Positions 1-13,796 of a stretch of 64,000 nucleotides of DNA are shown piece by piece. The position numbers were made by a program, and so were the translations under genes. The DNA is from the human T2T-CHM13v2.0 reference genome, Homo sapiens: NCBI RefSeq assembly GCF_009914755.1, contig NC_060931.1; one strand, written 5' to 3'. Below the pieces are notes generated by a model. That model had not been told where the DNA came from, searched no databases, and worked only from the letters and a program-made list of their open reading frames with translations. Every line of letters begins with the position of its first letter. The first letter of the stretch is position 1.

Positions 1-949
1 AGAATGTCTCTTGCTTCAAACTCCTAATGGCCTCCAGCTCTGCTGTGCCCAACTTTAAGTAGATTGCTTGGTTTGGCTACTTATACTGTTTTTTCTGGAA
101 ACCACTCACACTTCTTCTGAGCTGCACTCCTAAACCACTGGAAGTAGTCTCGCTGAGAAGGAATTAGAGTCCAAGTACTTTTTTTTTCTTTTACCTGTGC
201 CTTTTGAGCACCCTGCACTTTAAAAAACAGAGAAAACAAATTTATTGACAACTCCTTACAATTATGTCCACAGAAAGATTTTGTTGTTACCCACTCCTTC
301 TTTCCAAGTTTTACTGCGAAAGAATAAGCATTGTTAAATCCAGCTGGTGACTCCTATGGAAAAGTTTACCACAGAAACATTTGCAATCGGTTAAGACTTT
401 GGTCCCATAATGCTTAGCAAAAGAAGCTGAAGATCATTCAGAACGGAAATGGAATTCTGTGTGCCAAGCCTTAGAGCTAAGCTTTAAAAAGTCACCCATG
501 AACGATGTGCACTTTTCTCTTTGTTTGGTGCCTGGTGAATGGAGACAACAATGGCTTTAAGGAGATTTTTATCCATTGTATTTGTGTCTGCATCTGTATA
601 GAACATACTGTTTCCTTGGCAGGTCACCAAGACTTGCTCACATCTGTTTCTGCTTTCATTTCTATTACCCTATTCATTTCTGGCCAGGAGTCAAAAGAGC
701 TCTAAGTTTACAAGTGCCACGAAGGCATTTGGTTGAGGAGAATATTTTTTCTTTTATTAAACCTGTATTTCTGTTTTGATTTTTTCCTGTTTTTTACTTA
801 ATCAGGATGAATCACAATGGAATAGAGGTTTTTATGAACATTCTGGAAAATGACATTTTAAAGGTGCAATTTACAGTGATCTAAATGCTTAGAAATTTTA
901 TGTTTACCACTGAATTACAGACCATATAGAGGGGCAGCTCTTTATTGCA

Positions 950-1100
950 AAACCGTGGGCTTCAGAGTTAGGCAGAGTTAATTCTGAGTCTAGCTCTGCC
1001 ACTTATTGACGATCTGGCCTGAATCCTAGGCTTTCTCATCTGTATATAGGTGATGAAAAAGAAAATTCAACATCTTTAAGTTGTTGTGGAGATTAACCAT
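950..1100 (+). mobile_element. MIR fragment
   Basis: ctctgccactta...ttctcatctgta...gttgtggagattaa resembles the MIR core; boundaries approximate. Confidence 0.6.
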
Positions 1101-3542
1101 AAACGCACGCTAAATGGGGAAAGGGGGAGAACTATCAATGAAGAGTAGCTCTTATTAATACTTTGTGGCAGTAAAATGCAACTTTCTGATCATGCTCAGC
1201 AATTTTTTTTGAAAGCTTGCTGGTTATCCTCTCTATGAAATTTAATTATTATGTAGTGGTTTTTCATTAGGCCCAATAGCATGTCATCACTAATAATAAT
1301 GGATGCAAAGGTTTACTGAGGCAGAGAAGTTTTATTTGCTTAGCGTAGGCAAATGGGTCCGAGGACAACACATTTATGTTTGGGGAAAAAGAAACAAATT
1401 CCTATAAAAGCCAATACCATAGTGAACATTTCAGAGAAAAATGCAACACTGGTAGATGTGAAAATAAGTCCTGATACCAGGAATAAGGGAAAACAGTGGT
1501 TATCTACTGAAAACCAGATAGTAGACCTAAATAAAATAGACAGTAAGACTAGCCAAAGGCAACTATTCTCCATCTCTCACCTCTATTCTTTAGATTATAA
1601 TCAGCATTGGCTCTTAACTGAAGGAAAAAGCCAGGCCCCAGCTAGGTAAGACCAATGCCAATCTCAGTTAACCACTTGAGATGACAAATGGATTTGCCTC
1701 AGAATGTCGATTTTGTTTTGACCCTGCAATCAGTAAAATTAAGCAAGGAGACTTATGTACACACATCTAGACCAATCATAAACATAAAAGACACTGAAGT
1801 TTAAAATAAAGAATTTGAACAATATTTAAAAGACAACATTTTAAGCATTCATTTCACTTCTGGAGTCAAGTAAAGTTGAGGAAGAAATATTGTACTATTT
1901 CGATAGGATTTACTCAACCAGCTGGACTGATACACACCACATGGGTGACACTGTTTGCTGTATCGGGGGAGATGTTTATGATTCTTATCTTTAAAGCTGT
2001 GATTATTTTCCATACTTCCTAACAATTTTTCAGGTACCCCAAAGACAACCACACTCATCCATCTTTATTCTCTAAAAATGTATTTTGTTTTTTTCTCGCT
2101 TAGGTGAGGTTGACTTTCATAAAGGAAGACAGGGATTCTTGTAAACATTGGAGTCTTTTCTTTAATCAGTTTTCTTGCCTCCTATTTGGTGTCGCTTACT
2201 TCCCTCTGGGTCATTTCAATGAAATTAGACCTCACCATGCCATACCAAATAAAGGAAAAGAAAACTATGAATTAATGAAGTTTGGATAATGTAATTCTTT
2301 TAATGAAATTCAGGCTTATTGCTTTAAAGAAGCTACGGTAATTAAAACAAGACTGAGAACTGCTTCGTTGAGATTCAAATTTAATAAATAACACGAAGCG
2401 AGATTTGCAATTAGAATAACAGATCAGGCACCAGCCCAAGTATTGCCAATATCTGCTTATATTGTAAATCTGCTTTTTATTCATCTATTCATTCTTTCTT
2501 TCAACACAAACTTATTGAGCATGTATTATTTTCCAGGCAGTATGCTAGATGCTAGAGATAGAGTTGTTAACAAGAGAGAATTACTTCTTTACCTGCTTTA
2601 TTCTGGTATACTTGGAAAAAATTTTCCTCTAATTAACCTTTCCCTTTGTTATCTTATTTATGTTATTCAATGTTTTCATATAATCAAAAACTCACAATTA
2701 AGATTAAATTAATGAGGTTTTATTCTACTTTTTATAAGGGCAGAAACTGATCAGCAACTCTTTCTTTTTCTGCAGCTGTGTGTCTTAAAAGATTAAAAGC
2801 TATTTCAATCTGTTTCTTTTTTCCTGACAACTTGCAGAAAATGGATACTTTTTTACTAGAAATGACTAGAAATGGCAAATCTTCTCTTTATTTCTGCTAT
2901 AACATTATTATAAGAGTTCAAACCAACAACAAGTTAAGAGATACAAAGTCAAGCAAATACTGCACAGTAAAAATATGGTGAAAGTAGATTTTGATGAGAA
3001 AAAAACGCTGCAACCTCCAATAGTGCATAGTAAAATAGTTGTCTCAGGAGGCAGAATGACCTAGGAAAGTTAAGCACAAGAACATAAAGCCTTATGGTGC
3101 TCAGAAGTATATCTGGCACCTCTGCAGGATACATTAACCAGAAAGAGCACAGACTTCTGGAAAAAGAACTGAGTCTAGTGGTCCCAAGCTCTGCTGGAAC
3201 CTTGGGTCTGTCCCTTTACCTCTTAGGGAAACAGTTTACTGGATCAGCAATGGAGTTGAAATCAAAGCCTGATTAAATCCGATCAGGAGTTGTAACTGTG
3301 GCCAAGCCCCTTCCCTGAGGGGGTTCTTTCATCAAAATGACGAGGTCAGACTAGAAGTTTTCTAAAGGAAGCTTTGGTGTTGACATTCTTCATTTTTAAA
3401 ATTAGAGTTAACCAAGAGCTGTTCCCTAGGTGAAAAATTTATTTATTTTTTTTTTCTGCATGGCACCTGTTCCACTCACTACCCTCCTATAAACTACTCC
3501 TTGTAGGACCACCCAAGCATACAGGAAAAGGTGGAAATGCCA

Positions 3543-4233
3543 TGTTATGGGCTGGATTGTGTGCCCCCCAAAATTCCTGTGTTGAATCTTAGCCCCTAGT
3601 ACCTCAGAATGTGACTTTATTTGGAGATATAGTTTTTAAAGGGTAATCAATTTAAAATGAGGTCATTAGGGTGGGCTGTAATCCAATATGATTGCTGTCT
3701 TTATAAAAAGAGGACATTTGGACACAGAGGCAGGCACAAAGGAAAGACGAAGTGAAGATGGAGGGAGAAAATGGTCAAATATAAGCCAAGGAGTGATGCC
3801 TGGAAGAGCGCTCTCCTTCACAGTCCTCAGAAGGAACCAATCCTCCCAACAACTTGATCTCAGGCTTCTAACCTCTACAACTGTGAGACAATACATTTCT
3901 GTTGTTTATGCCAGTGGTTCCCAACTCCGGGGCCAAGGTCCTTGGCCTTTAACAAGGCCACACAGCAGGAGGTAAGCCGAGGGTGAGAACATTACCGTGG
4001 CATTAGATTCTCATAAGAGCGCGAACCCTACTGTGAACTGTGCATGCGAGGGATCTGGGTTGTGCGTTCCTTATGAGAATCTAACTAGTGGCTGATGATC
4101 TGAAGTGGAACAGTTTTATCCCGAAACCATCCCCCTCCCACCCCCGTCCCTGGTGCCAAAAGGGTTGAGGACTGCTGGTTTACACGACCCACTTTGTGAT
4201 ACTTTGTTACAGCAGCCCTAGCAAACTAATACA
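3543..4233 (+). mobile_element. MaLR LTR (MLT1-type) interrupted by a MER1B-like element
   Basis: TG...cagaatgtgactttatttggagat...aatgaggtcattagggtggg...ttgttacagcagccctagcaaactaataCA. Confidence 0.8.
3912..4177 (+). mobile_element. hAT-Charlie MITE (MER1B-like)
   Basis: Termini CAGTGGTTCCCAAC...GTTGAGGACTGCTG, internal ttagattctcataag/cttatgagaatctaa inverted repeat, degenerate 8-bp TSD. Confidence 0.82.
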
Positions 4234-4770
4234 CTCCACTGAGCTAGTTCCAAGAAAGAAAGAACAAAAAAGAGGTCTGACAATGACAAATATCAAAATA
4301 CAGTGGCTTGGATCCTAGTCTCCCTGCCCCTTCTAAAGACATACCCCAGTTTGTATGTTTTCCTTTCGTGGCATCTCCCTTTTTTCCTGTATCTCCCACT
4401 TCCCAAAGCTGCCTACAGACATATTTTAACTAGATATAAGTAGGCCAATTTGATGTAGAGGATTTATAACCTGATTTGTCACACTCACCCACCCTACTTG
4501 CCTGCCTCAGAATATTTTTTTTTTATGGCCTGACTTCCTCATAAGGGCCCCTTTTAGCTACAATATCTGTAGAAATGGATGTGGTAGGTCATCAGTGGCT
4601 TCCTAGAAATTCTGAGAAGAGGAATGGCATGATGAAAAAGGTACTCTAGGAAATGATTAGTGACCATGAAAAGGAGGATGAGAAGAAGGAAGCAGATGCT
4701 GAGAGACAAAAATTATTGTCATTTTTCAAGTAGGTGATATGACCAGGTAGTCAACAGGATTAGATTAGAT

Positions 4771-4900
4771 CTGTGGTTCTCAAACTTGAGTGGATGTTGG
4801 AATGAGCTGGAGGGTTTGCTGAAACACAGATTGCTGGGCCAACCCTTGAAAATTCTGTTTCAGCAGATCTGGGGTAGGGACCCAGAATTCCTATATGCGT
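4771..4900. mobile_element. MER5A-like hAT fragment
   Basis: gtggttctcaaactt...acacagattgctgggcc...tctggggtagggacccagaat. Confidence 0.7.
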
Positions 4901-5138
4901 AACAGTGCCAACTCAATGATAATTGATCATGCATATCATGCAAATTCTATCTTATTTTGTCACCATATTAGCCAGGAATTAGAAGCCTCCACACCTAAAA
5001 TTAAGGGAAAATATGAACTGATGCCTTCAAATCTGGCTATAGTCTTAAGAGGTGACTAACATTTCTATTCCTCCACTCTCCCCACTCCAGGTGGGAATCA
5101 CTGATTTATAATTTGCAAAACCCTTACATGTGATTTTC

Positions 5139-5680
<542 letters not shown>

Positions 5681-5849
5681 CCATTTGACTTTCAAGAGCA
5701 ATTGATGAATTCACAAATAATGGTTCTGTTCATCATTCTATTAAATAGGCTTTGAAAATATTACCCCCAATTTACAGATGAAAGAAATGATGATCAAAGG
5801 GCATTTTACCCCTCTCTCATTTCTGTTCCTGCCAAGTTTTTAACAATTT

Positions 5850-7950
5850 GCCCAAAAAATTAATGTCCCAACTCTGGAAGTCGCCCTTAACATATATGAT
5901 GAGAACAATATCAGGCTGATCATTAAATTCACACAACTAATTTAAAGCAAAGCACCACTCAATCGGAATCCATTAAAAACAGCAAGTCAACCTTAACAGA
6001 CTTCTCATTGGTAAATTATGGATTGTGCTTGAATGTTCATCCTATAGAACTGATCAAGTTTCTGGGTTTTTTTCTCTGTCCTTAGACTTCATGTTATATA
6101 AACAAGTGTCAGGGTATACATTCAGCAAGTTAGTTCCTTGTGAAATGAGGAGAAAATAAGCTTTTCATTTCTGATTTCCTTCAAGTTCATGAAGAGAAAA
6201 ATCCCAAGAACTGTACTTTCTATTAAATTGAGAAGAGAGATATGTAATGAGGAAAGAATTTTGTTCAACAATAGCAGCAGTGCCACATAGCTGACCAGCT
6301 GGAGCTTTGCCTGGTGGTGGCTCCACCTCCCTCCCTTCCAGAGAGAAGCCAGCGTGGCTCAACCCCTCTCTGTGAGGGTGAGAGACGCCTTCACAGAGGG
6401 AGTTTGCCCTCAGCCCTCATCAGAGAAACCAGCCATCCTTTCTGTAGTAGAATGTATGCACTTATAAAACTTTTCTGATCTCTCTCTCTCTGTTTTCCCA
6501 ACTGCTGCCTTTTAAGTCAGTTTGGTGGCTTTCACATGAGCATTTGAGTGTATTGGGTCCACCCAGGCAATCCTTGGATTTAAATGAGTTGCTTTTTATT
6601 TCCTCGGGGACTTAATTTTATTCAAAAGATGAGGGTTACACACTGACGATTTATGTGAGAGAGAGAAAGAGAGAGAGAGAGAAAGGCCATTCTGAGATCA
6701 ACATTTCAACCTCTCCTTCCTGATTGCTACTTAAATCACTTATTCCAACTTGGGGAGATTGTAATATATAGTTTCTTAATGTGTTTAGTTAAGGACTTCA
6801 TGAATCATGTGGATTTCTCCTCAACCTAAGTGGTTATTATGCTGACCCAAGGGTGTGCCGTTTTGCGGACACTTCATTTTTGTGTCCCTGTTTATTTGTA
6901 GCAAGCAAGCTCAGTTCTGTAAGACATTGATTAGAGGGACAATGGAAGTTGTTATCTACTGTAAGTCGCATTCAGCAAAAAGCTGCCAAGTGGTGTTCAC
7001 ATAATTGAAGAGGTAGAGCTTTCAGACTTGATTGTGATTTTGGGTTTGGGGCTTCCAGTTCTAACTCAGGCTCTCAATAAGGCTAAGACCACTCCTTATC
7101 TTGAATTGTTCCTTTTCAGGAACAACACTCTAACTACAAATCTTGGAGATCTCATACAAGTTGTTGCATTTAAAACCTCCTTAACTAGGACAATCTTTTC
7201 CTCAGTCTTCCTAAAGCTAACGAGCCCAAGCTGCTTCCTTTGCTTGCTGCTGGATATCAACTTTGCAAGGGATTTTACTAAGCGGAGAGAGGCTATGGGG
7301 GATGGTATTGGCAGTGAGTTACTTAGTACAACCCCAGGGCTGGGAGGGAGGGAGATGCTGTGCTTTCTTACCAGCTGTTATACTTCAAGAAGAAACAGGA
7401 TTTTGTAACCCTTTCCTGGCATACCAGTCTCAAAACAAAGGCCAGACTCAGTTTTGACAAAGATTTTCTTGTGAAAATACACACAACACAACAGTATGAA
7501 TGCATTCCTATCTAAATATGATTAATAAAATGTGACATTGTTTCTGTGTTTTGGATTTTCACAAGAAAGTGTGAAAACAGAGGCATTAAACAGTGTTGGT
7601 CTCATTGACATCCAAATGGCACTACTATTTGCGTCTCCCTCAAGGAAAGCCAGTCTTTTCCACTGAGGAGTAGGGAAAGAAAACACCAATCTGAAAAAGA
7701 AAAAGTGGAGGGTTGGACCTCCTCTTGGTTAAAGCCCAGAAGCGTATTCAAATGTGCTTCCCTTAAGAGTTAAGCACAGGCACCTCCCAGGAAATGACAA
7801 ATGGTCCTACAGCCACAGCTCTGCTAATTTCCCTGCCCCCAATATCCAGACTTCCAGACATCAAATGGTTAGAAAAAGTGTTTAGTTTGAAAAAATTCTT
7901 GAGGTTTAGCTTGCCTCACAAACCACATTCTTTTTACCCTTTTCCCCCAG
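5850..7950. promoter_or_regulatory. Probable COL1A2 far-upstream enhancer region (about -21 to -19 kb)
   Basis: Repeat-poor block at the distance reported for the human far-upstream enhancer; TGAATCA 6801-6807, TAAGTGG/CAAGTG NK-type motifs; boundaries inferred. Confidence 0.5.
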
Positions 7951-8190
7951 CCCAGTTTAAAAAAAAACAAAACAACAACAACAAAAAAAAAAAAAAAAAA
8001 AAAAGAAAGGAACATGCCTTGGAATTCTGATGATAGATTTTCATAAAATTGTCCACGTTGCTTGCTGAGGCAAAAAAAAAAAAAAAGGAAAGAAAAAAAA
8101 GAAAATCTATATAAAGTTACAACTTTTGTAGCTGTTGGTCTTCAATTAGAGATACTTGTCTTCTATTTTTACTTCTTTACATCTTGAATT

Positions 8191-8499
8191 TTTATTTTAT
8201 TTTATTTTATTTTTTGATAGAGGGCCTGGGTCTATGTCCCAGGCTGGAATGCAGTGGCATGATCATGGCTCACTGCAGCCTTGACCTCCTTGGGCTCAGG
8301 TGATCCTCCCACTTCAGCCCCCTGAGAAGCTGGGTCTATAGACATGTGCCACCACACCCATCTAATCTTTTCACTTTTTATAGAGACAGGGGTCTCACTA
8401 TGTTGCCCAGACTGGTCTTGAACTCCGGGGCTCAAGTAATCCTCCAGCCTCAGCCTCCCAAAGTGTTGGGATTACACATTTGTGCCACCACACCTAGCC
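8191..8499 (-). mobile_element. Alu (AluJ-like)
   Basis: Reverse Alu consensus; TSD ACATCTTGAATT at 8179-8190 and 8500-8511. Confidence 0.93.
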
Positions 8500-8698
8500 A
8501 CATCTTGAATTCTTATTGTAGTTTTCATTTTGCAATTTTTTTTCTGACAACCTAACTGCATATTAGCCCTACCCCCATAAAGATATCAACTATTTTCTGA
8601 AGCTCAAGGTCTCTGGGTATACCAAAACTCTTAAGTCAGTCTGTGAGCATTTTTTAACCTACAAATGCATGGGGCCCAGCCTCAAAATTTCTCATTCA

Positions 8699-8989
8699 GG
8701 CCCAGCACAGTGGCTTAAGTCTAATCTCAGCACTTTGGGAGGCCAAGGCAGGTGGATCTCTTGAGGCCGGCAGTTCGGGACCAGCCTGGCCAACATAGCA
8801 AAACCCTGTCTCTACTAAAGATTAAAAAAATTAACTGGGCATGGTGACACATGTCTGTAATTCAGGTGGCTGAGGCAAGAGAATCACTTGAACCCAGGAG
8901 GTGGAAGTTGCAGTGAGCCAAGATTGCACCACTGCACTCCAGCCTAGGCAACAGAGTGAGACTCTGTCTCCAAATAAATAAATAAATAA
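8699..8989 (+). mobile_element. Alu (old S/J-type)
   Basis: Alu consensus, (AAAT)n tail, TSD-like TCTCAT/CTCA. Confidence 0.93.
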
Positions 8990-9092
8990 GTCTCACTCAG
9001 TAGTTTGATTTGGGCCTTAGAAAGCATGATTGGTTCCTCCAGTGGTTTAAATGCAGATCTGGGCTTGGAAGACACTGCTGAATAGTATACAC

Positions 9093-9094
<2 letters not shown>

Positions 9095-9134
<40 letters not shown>

Positions 9135-9135
9135 A
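9095..9135. repeat. (CA)n microsatellite
   Basis: Direct reading. Confidence 0.95.
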
Positions 9136-10204
9136 TTACTTTCCTTAATGACTACCATCCAATAAGAACAGTCATCATTAAAAGTTTTGTTTGTAATTCT
9201 ATTGTAGAAGATATCCTATTTTTCCTTTACTGCTAAACTTCTTGAAAAAGTGGCCAGTCTGGCCTCACTTTTCCTACTTCTAACCCCATGGCCCACTTAC
9301 GTTGGATACAATCAGGCTTCCTCCTAACAATTTCTAGATCCATAGTCAGTGACCTCATGATCATGATCTTCTTTAGTCCTCTGCTTCTTAAACACATTTT
9401 CAGCATTTAACACTTGATCATCCTCACCTTCTAGAAGCTCCCTTCTTTTTAGGATTATGAAGATCTGCTCTCCCTGGCACTCCCCCAGGTCTCTTCCTCT
9501 GGATCATCATATTCTTTCTGCTCCAAGTCTGTTTTTGGCTATTTTATGTTTCATCTCCACAAATTCTCCTCTGGCAGGCTTATTCAACCCCGCAGACTCA
9601 ACTAGCATCACCTTGCCTGTAGGCTCTCAGATCTACTTCTCTAATCCTCACTTCTTTCCCAAACTCCATTTCTCTTTATTTATTGCTTACACAACTCCTT
9701 TACCTGGCTCTTCCACTATGCCTCCAAAGTAACATATTTCAAAAAGGAATTTACATTTTCTCCTATACCCACTGTCCATCTGGTGTTTCAAGATTCTGTG
9801 AATGGTAGCTCAATACTCTCAGCTATCAAGGCTCAAAGCTACAATATCATCTCTCACTGGCTCCTATTGCTAGCCTACAACACCCAAATAGGCATTTTGC
9901 CCTGTTAATTCTTCCACAAAAATATCTCCAACTCAGTCTTCTCCTTTTTATTCCTATGTTAGACTATAAATGCTATTGTATTTCTAAAATGGGGAAGATT
10001 TTTTAAGAACTAGAGTATTCAAAGAAAGATTATAAATGCTGAAGTTGAAACTGAACAAGCCTGGAAGGACAGGTAGGGTCTAGGAAAGTCAAAGGAGGAG
10101 AGGGAAGGAACGTCTTGGGAAGATCAACACAGTTAAAGGTCCAGATGCAGGAATAAGCATGGCATGAGCTAGTACAGTGATAATTTGTTTGACTAAAGCC
10201 AAGT

Positions 10205-10733
10205 GTGTATAAAGCAATCTCCAAAAGTTGCTCCCTAATGAACTATGCTTCCAGGTAATAATGTCCTTGTGCAATACCATCCTCAATTTCAGTTGGCATT
10301 GTGGCTCTCTTTTTTCTACAGAATGTAGTGGAAGTGACACTGCATAACTTCCAAGGCTAAGACAGAAAAAGTCTTGCAGCTTCCTCTTTGCTGTCTTAGA
10401 ACACTCTGGGAGCCAAAAAGGAAATCTTCCCGCTATGCTAGAGGTGCCTGACATAGGCATTTCAGCAAAAAGTTCCAGCTGAGCTCGGCCTTCTAGTCAT
10501 CTCTGTTAAGGCAACAGACATGTGAACAAAGCCATCTTGGATCCTTTAGACCAGACCAGCTGCCATCAGGATTCTAAGAGACCTCAGTCAGTACAAATTA
10601 GAATAGAATAATTGCCCAGCTAAGCCCTACTTGAATTCTTGATCTATAAATCAGGAGATATAATAAAATTCTTGTTGTTTAAAGCCACTTATTTTTAAGG
10701 TAGTTTGTCAGGCACCAACAGATAACCAAAACA
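10205..10733 (+). mobile_element. Old MaLR LTR (MLT1-type)
   Basis: gaagtgacactgcataacttccaaggcta...ccagctaagccc...ttgttgtttaaagccact...agataaccaaaaca. Confidence 0.7.
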
Positions 10734-11824
10734 CAGAGTCACAGTTTACTGAACAGTAAAAAATAATATTAAATATGTATGGTGGTTCCACATTGTGGAT
10801 AGTCTTGAAAACACCAAGCAAAGAGGCTCTTCTTGCTGATATAGGATAATTGGAAGCCAGTGAAAGTTTTTGAGCAGTAAGTAACCATTGCATTTCTAGT
10901 TTGGCAGAAATATACAAAATGCATAGACATTTTGGCAGAAATACTCAAAATGCATAGATAAATGACAAATATTTGGCAATTTAATTTAGAAGACCTAGAG
11001 TTCAAACTTAGTTATATAATATTGAGAAAGTTACTAGCTTGAGCATACTACCTCAAGGAAGTGTTGTAATGGTTAAATGGGTGACATACATGACAGTGCT
11101 TTGAAAATTCATTCTAAATACACTTTAAAATAAATTCTTGTTAAACCGATGGAGGAGAAACTAGAAGCATCAGAAGCAGCTAAAAAGTTGGGACAACAAT
11201 CTGGGTGTGGTATGATGCATTTCTTGATTAGGATGATTTATTTGGTCCCTTTACAGCCTTATTCTTTGTAACTTTCTGATTCACAATTTGTACTCTGGCC
11301 TTACTAACTATGAATAGTGGATTCCAAATGCCATACCTTGTACATTTTTCCTTGATTTTCGTAGTTTGAATTAATCACTCTCTCATTGGTGCCACCACTG
11401 TACATTGTACTCTATGAGGATTCCATATCATATTAAACAGTAGTTGTTGGTTTATGCATTTGTCCCTTCACTAGCACTACACTCTGAGCACCTTTGATTA
11501 CCTGGCACATAGTAGGGCCTTAATGAATGTTTTTCTATTTATCTATTAGCTAGAACATTAGGGGTAGCAACATAAGAAGGACTGAAATAAGAGGCATCTT
11601 AAAGGAAAAAAAATAGAACTTCATGATTTCCTGAATTTGAAGAATGAAGACTATGGAATGATCAGAGATGATCTTGAGGTTTCAGATGTGTGCAAGTACA
11701 AGAACATTAGTGCACTAAGAGACTTGGTGGAAATAAGGATTCTGGACATAATGGAAGAATTCTGGAAAGCTGAGATATGAATATGTTGAACTGAGAAAAT
11801 GGCAAAGCATCCAAATAAAAATAT

Positions 11825-12173
<349 letters not shown>

Positions 12174-13420
12174 TCCAGGTAGTTGTGTATATAATGCTAT
12201 CATTGAGTTCATAAAACAGAAGTCAACCTTTTTTAGTTGCAGCACTTACATCAGTGATGATATTCGGTATCTTCTTGATAAAAGGTTTTCTCCAAGGGAT
12301 AGTGTAGGGAGAGAGGAAGAAGTCCATCCTTAGAAACCAAGAGAAAGAAGAAGTTATAGAGAGAAACTGAAATGAGTCAGCATTAATAAAACTATCCATG
12401 ACAATGTCACAGAAGCCAGCAGCTGTTGCCTGGAGTGTATTCTGCAAAGCATCCCATGTCCTCATATAAGTTCAAGTTCAGAAGTCTGCCTTTCCCCTCC
12501 TTGCTTTGTGAATGACACCATCATCCATTCAATGCTTTAAAGGAAATTTAGATACCATTCTCAATTCTTCCTTTAACCCTGATATTCTATCAATAAATAC
12601 TATGAAGCTATCTCTTAAATATAATTCTTACCCTCTTTCTACTGCTCAACCTACTACCACCATGTTTCATGATGCAACTGCTCCTTAGCTGACTGTCTCC
12701 AATATTAGCTCTCCATAATCCAGCCTTCCCACTGCCAGAATAAGTGTTCTAAACCACGAATCACACCAAGAAGTGTCCTACAGAGAATCCCTCAATGATT
12801 CCTCATTTCTAACAATATATACCGCTGCCTCTATGATTTGAGTGCTGGTGCCTACTCCCTCTTTTCTGATTCTTTCCCTCAGGCAGTCCATGTTGCAGCC
12901 ATAGGAAATTATGTGCAGGTATTTCAAACACAGCATGCCTAAAAGGGAATTCACCATATTTTAAAGCCCTCAAGTTCTGCCAGGATTCTCTGTCTCAGAA
13001 ACGTTACCACAAGGCAGAAACCTGGTAGTCATATTTAATTCCTTTCTTTTCCTGATTCTCACATCCCAAATTCACCTAATTCTCTTCATCCTCAATGTTA
13101 TCATCCCCACATCCTACCACAATTCATCTATCATCATGAAGATTCTCTTACGTTCCTCTTACCTGTTCCAATCCATTCTCTAGACCGCAGAGTTATGTTT
13201 CTAAACACACATCTGATCAGAATTAGAATTACAGCAAGGTTAGAGTTAATATTTGGGTTAGGATTTAACACTTTCAGAGAGTTCTCATTGTTGTTAGAAT
13301 AAATTTCTAACATGCCTTTCAAGGCCCTCCCTAATTATCCTCTGAATAACTTGGAACGTACTTGCATTAATTCAACCCCTATCTCACTCATCTTGCTTCC
13401 TTCCACTAACTTGTACCCAT

Positions 13421-13587
13421 TTATCATGAACTCAATGTTTGTGTCCCTCCAAAATTTATCTGTTGAAGCTCCCAATGTGATGCTATTTGAAAGTGGGGCC
13501 TTTGAAAGGTAATTATGTTTACATGGTGTCATGAAGATAGGGACCCCACGATGGGATTAGTGTCCCTGTAAGAAGAGGCACCAGAGT

Positions 13588-13647
<60 letters not shown>

Positions 13648-13796
13648 TCTCTTTCTCTGCCATGTAAAGACAGTCCTCACGGGCAACTAAACTTGCTGGC
13701 ACCCTGATCTTAGACTTCCTAGCCTTCATTGCTGTGACAAATAAATGTTGTTTACGCCAACCAGTCTATTTAGTTACAGCAGTCCGAGCTATGACA
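13421..13796 (+). mobile_element. MaLR LTR (MLT1A/MST-like) containing a (TC)n tract
   Basis: tgtttgtgtccctccaaaat...atgggattagtgtccc...gctggcaccctgatcttagacttcctagcc; (TC)n 13592-13657. Confidence 0.78.

Noticed and set aside
7028-7408. 126-aa ORF in the putative enhancer block
   Set aside because: Non-ATG (TTG) start, no homology I can recognise, no promoter or splice support
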